Notes under the pieces: generated by a model
What the model was told of the DNA's origin: nothing
Seen by the model: the letters and a program-made list of their open reading frames with translations, nothing else
The model's database searches: none
Made by a program: the position numbers and the translations under genes
Assembly: GCA_017481205.1 (NCBI GenBank)
Contig: JAFUPN010000014.1
Span: 17,500 to 81,499 of the forward strand
DNA: 64,000 nt
Reading direction: 5' to 3'
DNA from: Clostridia bacterium
GTDB lineage: Bacteria; Bacillota; Clostridia; UMGS1810
Part shown: in pieces, positions 35,168-43,459 of the stretch
Layout: every line of letters starts with the position of its first letter
Position numbering within the stretch: the first letter of the stretch is position 1

Positions 35168-35959
35168 TTGAAAAAACAAATTGTGCTTATAACGGAAAAT
35201 GAAAATAGCGATTATAGAGAATATTCCGAAAAAGTTCTTGAAAAAACTGATTTTGAAATAATCTGCGCACCTGCTGATATAAACAGATATGACGCAGTGG
35301 TTTTTGTCTTTGACAAAGAGCCATATAACACCAATGAAAGGCTTAACAGCTGGGTAGGTCACAGTCACCTGAGAGCTATATGGGGTAGTAGTGAGGCGGA
35401 GAAAAAGGCAATGCTGAAAAATGAGCTGACGCACATTGCCGGTATTCCCTTTCCCCTTGAGATAGAACGTAAATTCCTGATAGAATATCCGGATACCGAA
35501 AAGCTTGGTACCATGGGCAACTGCAGGTCTGTTGAGCTTGAGCAGATATACCTATCACCCATTGACGGCGCTCATATACGGATACGTCGTCGCTCAGCCA
35601 TTGGAGAGGACATTTATATCAAAACAGAAAAGAAAAAAATCTCCGCCGCAGTACGGATAGAAACAGAGGAAGAAATATCCAAAGAGCAGTATAGAGCATA
35701 TAAGCTCCACGCAGACAGCGAGCTTATGCCCATAACTAAGACAAGATACTGCCTGATGGATAACGGAAGATACTTTGAAATTGATATTTTCCCATTCTGG
35801 AAGGACAAAGCTTATTTAGAAATAGAGCTGACCGATGAGAATGAAAAATTCCATCTGCCGGAATTTATAAGAGTAATAAAGGAAGTAACCGAGGACAGGA
35901 GCTACACCAACCGCTCTCTGGCAAAATTACTTAAATCAGAAAAAATAAACGAGCTGTAA
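35168..35959 (+). CDS. CYTH-domain (triphosphate tunnel metalloenzyme) protein with an N-terminal extension of about 95 aa
   Basis: CYTH signature EIERKFLI at about aa 99. TTG start with RBS AAGAGG. Confidence 0.65.
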   Translation: MKKQIVLITENENSDYREYSEKVLEKTDFEIICAPADINRYDAVVFVFDKEPYNTNERLNSWVGHSHLRAIWGSSEAEKKAMLKNELTHIAGIPFPLEIERKFLIEYPDTEKLGTMGNCRSVELEQIYLSPIDGAHIRIRRRSAIGEDIYIKTEKKKISAAVRIETEEEISKEQYRAYKLHADSELMPITKTRYCLMDNGRYFEIDIFPFWKDKAYLEIELTDENEKFHLPEFIRVIKEVTEDRSYTNRSLAKLLKSEKINEL

Positions 35960-36029
35960 TAGACTTGACAAAACTGCCCGTTTATGTTATTAATAAAGTA
36001 TATTATTTTTTGAAAGGATGATAACAAAC

Positions 36030-36668
36030 ATGAAAATTGCACTTATCAATGAAAACAGCCAAGCGGCTAAAAATGCTCTCATCTGCGAGACCCTTGAAAA
36101 GGTGGTTAAGCCCCTGGGACACGAGGTTTATAACTACGGAATGTACTCTGGTGAGGATGTAAACCAGCTTACATATGTACAGGTTGGTATCCTCACAGCT
36201 ATTCTTATAAACTCAAAGGCAGCAGACCTTGTTATCACAGGTTGCGGCACCGGCGAAGGCGCTATGCTTGCATGTAATTCATTCCCCGGCGTACTCTGCG
36301 GACATGTGGTAGACCCCACAGACGCATACCAGTTTACTCAGGTAAACAACGGCAACGCAATTGCTCTCCCCTTTGCAAAGGGTTGGGGCTGGGGCTGTGA
36401 GCTTAATCTCAGCTATGTGTTTGAAAAGCTCTTTGTTGAAGAATGGGGTCAGGGCTATCCCAGAGAAAGAGCAGTACCCGAGCAGAGAAACAAGAAGATT
36501 CTTGACGATGTTAAAAAGGTTACACACACAGACATGGTGTATATCCTCAAAAATCTTGACAGAGAGCTGGTTAAGGGCGCTGTATCCGGCGAAAAATTCC
36601 AGGAATATTTCTTTGCAAACTGCCAGGTTCCCGAAATTGCAGAAGCAGTAAAGGAAATCCTTGCTTAA
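36030..36668 (+). CDS. RpiB/LacA/LacB-family sugar-phosphate isomerase-like protein
   Basis: MKIALINENSQ...DLVITGCGTGEGAMLACNSFPGVLCG is RpiB-like. Alternative ATG at 36018. Confidence 0.65.
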   Translation: MKIALINENSQAAKNALICETLEKVVKPLGHEVYNYGMYSGEDVNQLTYVQVGILTAILINSKAADLVITGCGTGEGAMLACNSFPGVLCGHVVDPTDAYQFTQVNNGNAIALPFAKGWGWGCELNLSYVFEKLFVEEWGQGYPRERAVPEQRNKKILDDVKKVTHTDMVYILKNLDRELVKGAVSGEKFQEYFFANCQVPEIAEAVKEILA

Positions 36669-36683
36669 GTAAATCTGTAAAAA

Positions 36684-37321
36684 TGAACCGACCCCCAAAA
36701 GTTATGCCAAAAATCTAACGATTGGGAGGTCGGTTTTTTCATGGCAAAGTACAGTTACGAGTTCAAGTTAAAAGTCGTACATTCATATTTAAATGGTGAA
36801 GGTAGTTATGCTTATCTTGCAAAGAAATATAACATACCTGCAAAAAGGAATATTGAAGAATGGGTACATACATACAAAGAATTTGGCAGTGATGGTTTAA
36901 TGCGTTCAAGGCAAAATAAGAATTACTCTTTTCAATTTAAACTTTATGTGGTAGAATTGTATCTATCAAGTGAAGTCTCGTATCAGGAATTAGCTCTTTC
37001 TCAAGGCATGAACAATCCATTCTTAATAACGCGATTGGTTAACGATTTCAGAATAGCCGTTCCTGATGCACTGAGACCTAAAAAGAAAGTTCAAAGAATT
37101 ATACAAAAATTAGGTTTTCAAGTTACATCATTTACTCGTAAAAGCCGCAGATATAATTCATACAAAGGTAATGTTGGTAAAATAGCACCTAATAGAATTA
37201 AAGAAAAACTTGGGTGGATGAGTCCGGTACAATATCGGCTCAACACCTTGACTGCATAAAAATAGCATAGCAGTCATAAACTACTACGCTATAAAAAGTC
37301 TAACTTTTTGGGGTCACATCA
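36684..37321 (+). mobile_element. Internally deleted IS3-family (IS150-like) relic, about 638 bp
   Basis: Terminal inverted repeats TGAACCGACCCCCAAAAGTTA and (reverse complement) TGATGTGACCCCAAAAAGTTA match at 17/21 positions. The ORF 36741..37259 fuses an OrfA HTH (MAKYSYEFKLKVVHSYLNGEGSYAYLAKKYNIPAKRNIEEWV) to a short OrfB N-terminal piece and the OrfB tail (IKEKLGWMSPVQYR). The DDE core is missing. Confidence 0.7.
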
Positions 37322-37336
37322 AACCCGACTTTTTCG

Positions 37337-38101
37337 TCAGCTGCTTCGACTATATACATAATGCGTTTTTTCTCCGCTATTGATTTTTTTCATTTCAATA
37401 TCAAATACCCTCTCAACAGCATCACCCGCAAGTATCTCCTCCGGCGTTCCCCGGGCAGCAATACTTCCCTTGTGCATTACATATAAGCTGTGGCACAGAC
37501 TGAATGCAAGAGGCAAATCATGCAGCACTGCCACAACCGACTTTCCCATAGCCGCAAGCTCCCGCATAATATCACACAGCCTCAGCTGATGAGCAATATC
37601 AAGATAGGTTGTGGGCTCATCCATAAGAATTACAGGTGCCTCCTGCGCTATAGCCATGGCTATATATGCCTTTTGCCTCTGACCCCCGGAGAGCCGGCTG
37701 AGATTAACATGGCAGACAGCCTCAAGCTCCATTTTCTCCATGGCACGCCGGGCAATTTCAACATCTTTTTTTCCGTATCTGCGCGGATAGTCAAGATAGG
37801 CAAATCTTCCGTGAAGCACCATTTGTTCCACAGTCATATCAGGCACATTTTTGCTTTGGGGCAGATATGCAATTTCTCTTGCCCGCTCCGCCGGTGCAAA
37901 GCTGTGTATAGCTTTTCCGTCAACCAAAAGTTCGCCGCTATGAATGTCGGCGAGACCTATAACACTTTTTAAAAGAGTGCTTTTTCCGCATCCGTTAGGA
38001 CCGATTATCCCTGTTATTTTTCCGTCGGGAATTGCCACGGATACATCCTGCAGTATTACATTTTTACCGTATCCTGCATACAGATTGTTTATTTCAAGCA
38101 T
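37337..38101 (-). CDS. ABC ATPase of a FecE/FhuC/BtuD-type (iron-chelate/corrinoid) importer
   Basis: Walker A GPNGCGKSTLLK, signature LSGGQRQK and Walker B VILMDEPTTYLD. Confidence 0.85.
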   Translation of the reverse strand: MLEINNLYAGYGKNVILQDVSVAIPDGKITGIIGPNGCGKSTLLKSVIGLADIHSGELLVDGKAIHSFAPAERAREIAYLPQSKNVPDMTVEQMVLHGRFAYLDYPRRYGKKDVEIARRAMEKMELEAVCHVNLSRLSGGQRQKAYIAMAIAQEAPVILMDEPTTYLDIAHQLRLCDIMRELAAMGKSVVAVLHDLPLAFSLCHSLYVMHKGSIAARGTPEEILAGDAVERVFDIEMKKINSGEKTHYVYSRSS

Positions 38102-39134
38102 AGGTATGCCCCCCTTTGCCCTTTACAAGAAGCACTATAAATACAGGTCCTCCCACAAAAGCCATGATTATGCCCACAGGTAGCTCAAAGGGAGCAAAAA
38201 TCACCCTTGCAAGAATATCGGAAAAGGTAAGAAAAATACTGCCAAAAACCGCACTTCCTGCGACTGTAAGCTTTGCGTTGCCGGGAAACAGCCGTCTGAC
38301 AAAATTGGGCACCACAAGACCTATAAAGCCCAGCAAGCCGGAAAAGCTCACCGCTGCTCCTGCCATAAGCGCCCCGAGAATTAAAAGCAAATTTTTTGTT
38401 CTTCTCACATTCATACCGAGACCGCGTGCTGTTTCATCACCCATTGTGAGTACCTCAAGGTCGTTCATCAATGTCATAAGCAAAATCAGGCACAAGGCAA
38501 TTATCGCCATTGCCGGTATAAGCTTGATATAAGAAACCGAGGAAAAACCGCCCACACGAAAATCAACACTCATAAGTGCAGCATCGTTATTGAGAACGCT
38601 TATTGCCTCCGAAAAGGCATTCAGCACCGCATTTACGGCAACACCGCCGAGAATAACCGTTGTCCGCGAGGCTTTGGTTTTGTATGCCGCGGCGGTAATC
38701 ATGAGCACTGCCACCACACTGCCGATAAAAGCAGACAGCGAATATACAAATCCCGATGCCGCGCCAAAGGCACAGCACAGGGTAATACCGAGCCCGGCAC
38801 CGGCATTCACTCCTATAATACCCGGTGAAGCAAGCTTGTTTGCAAGTACACTCTGCATAATCGCTCCCGACACCCCTAGAGCGGCACCTGCAAAGACACA
38901 GGCAAGAGTCCTGGGCAGTCTCACATACTTCAGCACAGCAAGCTCAACACCGGCATTTTCGGGACGGACAAGACATCTGATAAGCTGACATATGGTTATA
39001 TCAGAGCTTCCCGTACATATACTTACCACGGCAGAAGCCACCAGCAAGACAAGTCCGGCAGAAAGCACCAATATATTCCTATTTTTCTGTAAGGATTTTT
39101 TCAAGTTTATCATAAGCCTCGCCCCATCTTGCAT
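38094..39134 (-). CDS. FecCD/BtuC-family ABC permease
   Basis: About 340-aa polytopic protein with the FecCD-type C-terminal half (GLIGFIGLVVPNFVRRL...). The start is uncertain because it overlaps the binding-protein gene. Confidence 0.8.
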   Translation of the reverse strand: MQDGARLMINLKKSLQKNRNILVLSAGLVLLVASAVVSICTGSSDITICQLIRCLVRPENAGVELAVLKYVRLPRTLACVFAGAALGVSGAIMQSVLANKLASPGIIGVNAGAGLGITLCCAFGAASGFVYSLSAFIGSVVAVLMITAAAYKTKASRTTVILGGVAVNAVLNAFSEAISVLNNDAALMSVDFRVGGFSSVSYIKLIPAMAIIALCLILLMTLMNDLEVLTMGDETARGLGMNVRRTKNLLLILGALMAGAAVSFSGLLGFIGLVVPNFVRRLFPGNAKLTVAGSAVFGSIFLTFSDILARVIFAPFELPVGIIMAFVGGPVFIVLLVKGKGGHTYA

Positions 39135-40005
39135 TCGGTTTAAAATTATAAAGCTTCTTATCCATATAATGTATCCTGCCGTTTTTTACCGCGTCAATTT
39201 CATTCCAGACGGGATTTTCCCGAAGCATACTTTCTACGGCTTTTTTCATTCCATCATAATCATCACCGGCCTGAACTATAAAAATACGGTCGGGATTTTT
39301 TGACACAATACTTTCAATATTGAGATTTTCCAGTATCCCTTCTTCGCTGTCGGCAATATTTGTCCAGCCGAGATTTCCCAACATTTCACCAAGGACGGTT
39401 CCCTCACTTTTCTTAGCCCGTATATATGATGCCGAGGCTCTCAGTAAAAGATATGTCCGAGACTCGCCGTCACCCACAGCCATTTGTATAACAGAGTCAA
39501 TCTCAGCCTTTATATCCAAGCCGTTTTTGCGGTACAAATCCTTCCTGCCTGTAATATCGGTACATATATCCAGCATCCTGAGATAATCGTCAAAATCGTC
39601 TACATCAAAATAAGCAACGGTTATTCCGGAGGACTCTAAAATTTCCATCCATTCAATATGCTGCTTTCTCTTTGTGCTGGCGATAACAAATTCCGGCTGA
39701 GCCGATATAAGCTTTTCCAAGCTGAGGTTTTCTGTTGCGCCAAGATTTACCGCATTGTCTGGAATATCAATATCAAAATCCTCCCACGCATCGTCTGCCG
39801 CCGCACACAGAGTTCCCCCTGCAAGAACCCACAAATCCGCAAAGCTTCCCAACAGCACCGCTGTTTTTCCGTAGGCAGAGACAGTCACCTCCCTGCCCAA
39901 GTCATCCTCAAAGTTGCAGCCGGCAGTTGTTTCGGACACACTGCAGCTGCAAAGCAGAGTCAGAGAAAATATTAATATAAAACAAAAAAAGAAAATTTTT
40001 TTCAT
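39079..40005 (-). CDS. Lipoprotein substrate-binding protein, BtuF/FhuD class (cluster A/8)
   Basis: Lipobox LTLLCSCS. PBP class-III-like body (PEFVIAST, DRIFIVQAGDD). Confidence 0.75.
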   Translation of the reverse strand: MKKIFFFCFILIFSLTLLCSCSVSETTAGCNFEDDLGREVTVSAYGKTAVLLGSFADLWVLAGGTLCAAADDAWEDFDIDIPDNAVNLGATENLSLEKLISAQPEFVIASTKRKQHIEWMEILESSGITVAYFDVDDFDDYLRMLDICTDITGRKDLYRKNGLDIKAEIDSVIQMAVGDGESRTYLLLRASASYIRAKKSEGTVLGEMLGNLGWTNIADSEEGILENLNIESIVSKNPDRIFIVQAGDDYDGMKKAVESMLRENPVWNEIDAVKNGRIHYMDKKLYNFKPNARWGEAYDKLEKILTEK

Positions 40006-40047
40006 AGTTTTTTCCTTTACTGTATTACAGCCCGACTTATCAGCAGT

Positions 40048-40944
40048 TTATTTATTAAGAAGCTTTTCTTCCACATACGAAAAACCAAGTCTGTTTATAG
40101 TGTCGGCAAAGCGCTCACCGGCAATACCCTCCTCCTTAAAGAGCAGTATTGCACGCTCTACAGTATCAAGCACCTCATTTTCATCGGTAAAAATTCTGGC
40201 GAGAGGCTTTCCGTTTGCAATTTTTTTGCCCCATCTGCCGCCTATGTATATTTTATATCCGTTTGTATAATTTACCGCTACTCCAAAAGGACATTTTCCT
40301 CTGCATCTGCCGCAATGGTTACACAGGTGTTTATCAACGGTGAGCACACCGTCGAATAGCTTTACGTTCTTGATGGGACAGGCGATTTCAATCTGACATT
40401 TCTTGCAGGCTCTGCATTTATCAAAATCAAAATCCGGCACCATCTGACCTATAATTCCTATATCATTAAGGTCGGGCTTCACACAGTTATTGGGACAGCC
40501 TCCTACCGCAATCTTAAATTTGTGAGGAAGAACAACATCCCGGTACCCTTTGTAAAATCTATCGTGAATTTTTTCGCTGAGACCAAAAGTATCAATAAGT
40601 CCGTACTGGCAAGTTGTGCCCTTACATGAAACAACGGGACGCACCTTCGGACCGGTTCCGCCGGTTTCAAGACCCACAGAAGCAAGAAATTCTCTCAAAG
40701 GTTCAATATTTGCATAGCGTACCCCCTGAATTTCAATGGACAGTCTGCTTGTCATGGCAATCTCGCCGCTACCGAATTTCTCGGCAGCATCGGCAATAAT
40801 TCTGTGCTCGCCTACTGTAATTTTACCGTTTCTCGTGATAACCCGTACATTAAACACATCGTTGTACCTTTTATCCTGCAAACAGCCCAAAGCCTTTAAC
40901 CTTTTGATTTCTTCTGATGATAATATTTCTCCTGATTTAATCAT
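40048..40944 (-). CDS. Small sulfite/nitrite-reductase-like Fe-S protein (AsrC/Dsr-like half domain with an inserted 2x[4Fe-4S] ferredoxin)
   Basis: VSCKGTTCQYG and AVGGCPNNC (siroheme-[4Fe-4S] cysteine pattern), plus CRACKKCQIEIACP and CNHCGRCRGKCP. Confidence 0.65.
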   Translation of the reverse strand: MIKSGEILSSEEIKRLKALGCLQDKRYNDVFNVRVITRNGKITVGEHRIIADAAEKFGSGEIAMTSRLSIEIQGVRYANIEPLREFLASVGLETGGTGPKVRPVVSCKGTTCQYGLIDTFGLSEKIHDRFYKGYRDVVLPHKFKIAVGGCPNNCVKPDLNDIGIIGQMVPDFDFDKCRACKKCQIEIACPIKNVKLFDGVLTVDKHLCNHCGRCRGKCPFGVAVNYTNGYKIYIGGRWGKKIANGKPLARIFTDENEVLDTVERAILLFKEEGIAGERFADTINRLGFSYVEEKLLNK

Positions 40945-41170
40945 TTATATTGTCTCCTTTGGTTTGTAAATGATATATACATAGATTTTAACATAAATCA
41001 TACATAAAAGCAAATAATATTTACTGTAGCAGAAGCAACCTTTATATACGAATTTTTAAAATAAAATTCATATATATACATTGACTGATTTTGCTTTATG
41101 TGTTAAAATATCAGCATGTGCTTTATTAAAAATATGCTCTGAACTACGCAACGAAGGTGAGGTTTTGATT

Positions 41171-41929
41171 ATGGAAATTGTTCTGTTAACCGCATTGGGA
41201 GTTGGCGGCGCAACGCTTCTAGGAGCGATAATAGGTTTTGCTTTCAAAAGACTGTCACATACCTTCAGTGATATCATTTTATCATTTGCAGCGGGTGTTA
41301 TGCTATGTGCGGCAGTATCCGGTCTGATTTTACCTTCACTGGAATTCGGAGGAAAAGGCGGTGTTTTTGTCACGGCGGTAGGCATTTTCTGCGGAGCACT
41401 GGTACTGAATCTGATTGACAAGGCAGTTCCCCATCTTCACAGGCTGACAGGCAGCGATATCGAGTCTCATTCTGAAAAAAATGAAAAGCTGAGCAAGGTT
41501 CTTCTCTTTGTAATGGCAATAGCAATTCACAATCTGCCTGAGGGAATTGCGGCAGGAGTGGGCTTCGGAACGGAAAATACAGCCGAGGCACTCACCATTG
41601 CCGGCGGTATCGCACTGCAGAACATCCCCGAGGGAATGGTTATTATTTCCCCCATGTTGACTGCAGGAATGAGCAAAAAGCGTACTCTTGCGCTGGCGGC
41701 TGCAACAGGCATTGTTGAGATAATAGGAACCTTTATAGGATATTTTGCGGTCAGCATATCAAATGCAGTACTGCCCTTTGCCCTTGCTTTTGCCGGAGGC
41801 ACAATGATTTATGTAATCAGCGATGAAATGATACCCGAGACCCATGCTCATGGCGGTGAGCGCGGAGCAACCTATGCTTTGCTTGCAGGCTTTTGCCTTA
41901 TGCTGGCTATGGATTTCTACTTGGGTTAG
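41171..41929 (+). CDS. zupT: ZIP-family divalent metal transporter
   Basis: Start at MEIVLLTALGVGG with RBS AAGGTGAGG. HNLPEGIAAG and QNIPEGM motifs. Confidence 0.8.
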   Translation: MEIVLLTALGVGGATLLGAIIGFAFKRLSHTFSDIILSFAAGVMLCAAVSGLILPSLEFGGKGGVFVTAVGIFCGALVLNLIDKAVPHLHRLTGSDIESHSEKNEKLSKVLLFVMAIAIHNLPEGIAAGVGFGTENTAEALTIAGGIALQNIPEGMVIISPMLTAGMSKKRTLALAAATGIVEIIGTFIGYFAVSISNAVLPFALAFAGGTMIYVISDEMIPETHAHGGERGATYALLAGFCLMLAMDFYLG

Positions 41930-41985
41930 CCGAAAGATGCCGGAATTGCACTGTTTAAGGTGGGTTTGGATTATTTTCTTTCGGC
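41929..41985 (+). repeat. 57-nt imperfect hairpin element, copy A (starts at the zupT stop codon)
   Basis: GCCGAAAGATGCCGGAATTGCACTGTTTAAGGTGGGTTTGGATTATTTTCTTTCGGC. The 9-bp terminal stem is GCCGAAAGA/TCTTTCGGC. Confidence 0.7.
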
Positions 41986-42047
41986 TAAATAAACCAGCAA
42001 TGGAGATTATTCGATTAAAAATATATTAAAATACGGAGATGATAGCA

Positions 42048-43202
42048 ATGAAGATTACAGACAAAATTTTTCATGTTGGTGTAAACGATTATGATATAGA
42101 CCTTTTCGAGGGACAATATAAGGTTGAAAAGGGAATGGCATATAATTCTTATATTATATGTGATGAAAAAACAGCCGTACTTGATACTGTAGACAAGAAC
42201 TTCGGTGACGAATGGCTCGGCAATATTACAGAAGTACTCGGAGACAAGGCTCCCGACTATCTTGTTGTACATCACATGGAGCCGGACCACTCGGCAAACA
42301 TTGACAAATTTATGCAGAAATATCCCACTGCAAAAATCGTATCCAATTCAAAATCCTTTGTGATGATGAAGCAGTTTTTCGGTACAGATTATACTGACAG
42401 GCAGGTTGCAGTCAGCGATGGCTCGACACTTTGCCTGGGCGAGCATGAGCTTACATTTGTAACCGCTCCAATGGTACATTGGCCCGAGGTTGTACTCAGC
42501 TATGAAAAGAATACAAAAACCCTTTTCTCTGCCGATGCATTCGGAAAATTCGGCACAACCGACGCTGATGAGGAATGGACCTGCGAGGCAAGAAGATATT
42601 ATTTCGGCATCGTAGGCAAATTCGGTGCTCAGGTTCAGGCTCTGCTCAAAAAAGCAGGCGGACTCGATATTGAGAGAATCTGTCCTCTCCACGGACCGGT
42701 TCTTACAGAAGACCTGGGATATTATATCAATCTGTATAATATATGGTCTTCCTACGAATCCGAGACTGAGGGTGTAGCTATTTTTTACACAACTGTATAC
42801 GGAAACACGGAACAAGCTGTAAGACTCCTTGAGGACGAACTGAAAAAGCAGGGTTGCCCTAAGGTTACTGTTTCAAATCTGGCACGCTGCGATATGGCAG
42901 AGGCTGTGGAAGATGCATTCCGTTACAGCAAAATTGTTCTTGCAACAACAACCTACAACGGTGGCATGTTCCCCTTTATGCATGAATTTATCAACCACCT
43001 GACAGAGAGAAATTATCAGAACAAAACCGTAGGAATTATAGAAAACGGCACATGGGCTCTTATGGCAGAAAAAGCAATAAAAGTAGCCCTGGAAAAATCA
43101 AAGAACATTACCTTTACCGAATCCGGAGTTCACATAAAATCCGCTGTAAACGACGAAAACCGCAGAGAAATTGCAGCTCTGGCTGAGGAACTCTGCAAAT
43201 GA
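42048..43202 (+). CDS. Flavodiiron protein (metallo-beta-lactamase-like diiron domain plus flavodoxin domain; FprA/ROO type)
   Basis: HHMEPDHS diiron ligand motif and a C-terminal flavodoxin-like domain (VAIFYTTVYGNTEQ). Confidence 0.8.
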   Translation: MKITDKIFHVGVNDYDIDLFEGQYKVEKGMAYNSYIICDEKTAVLDTVDKNFGDEWLGNITEVLGDKAPDYLVVHHMEPDHSANIDKFMQKYPTAKIVSNSKSFVMMKQFFGTDYTDRQVAVSDGSTLCLGEHELTFVTAPMVHWPEVVLSYEKNTKTLFSADAFGKFGTTDADEEWTCEARRYYFGIVGKFGAQVQALLKKAGGLDIERICPLHGPVLTEDLGYYINLYNIWSSYESETEGVAIFYTTVYGNTEQAVRLLEDELKKQGCPKVTVSNLARCDMAEAVEDAFRYSKIVLATTTYNGGMFPFMHEFINHLTERNYQNKTVGIIENGTWALMAEKAIKVALEKSKNITFTESGVHIKSAVNDENRREIAALAEELCK

Positions 43203-43225
43203 TGATAACGAGCTTGCATGCGTTA

Positions 43226-43282
43226 GCCAAAAGATGCCGAAATCGCGCTGTTTAAGGCGGCTTTGAATTATGTTCTTTCGGC
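43226..43282 (+). repeat. 57-nt imperfect hairpin element, copy B (24 nt after the flavodiiron stop)
   Basis: GCCAAAAGATGCCGAAATCGCGCTGTTTAAGGCGGCTTTGAATTATGTTCTTTCGGC. It matches copy A at 49/57 positions. One internal stem change is compensatory (CAC/GTG in A versus CGC/GCG in B). Confidence 0.7.
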
Positions 43283-43394
43283 AAGCCGGTAAAGAACTGA
43301 CCTCATAGCATTTTACCAATGAACTTTCAGAGCATATAAAGGATGAGTGTAATAAGGAAGAATTGATTTTGAACTGATATTTCCGTTTATACTA

Positions 43395-43437
43395 CAAAAA
43401 AATTCCCGCAATACTTTAGTATTACAGGAATTTTTTT
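43395..43437. terminator. Bidirectional terminator between the convergent flavodiiron and GRE genes
   Basis: AAAAAAATTCCCGCAATACTTTAGTATTACAGGAATTTTTTT: an imperfect hairpin flanked by an A-run and a T-run. Confidence 0.55.
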
Positions 43438-43459
43438 GTAATGCATCCTCACGTTACGT

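Noticed and set aside
40945-41170. I looked for a cobalamin riboswitch upstream of the BtuFCD-like operon and for a Zur box upstream of zupT.
   Set aside because: I found no B12 box, no GGTGAAA-type core and no palindromic Zur-like box. Only promoter-like hexamers (TTGACT-17-TAAAAT for zupT) are present.
41929-43282. The flavodiiron gene flanked by imperfect palindromes preceded by GTTAGCC could be an integron cassette with attC sites.
   Set aside because: The order of the core-like sequences (GTTAGCC at the 5' end, GGCTAA at the 3' end) is the reverse of canonical attC (RYYYAAC...GTTRRRY). GTTAGCC does not fit GTTRRRY. No integron integrase or attI is present in the window.
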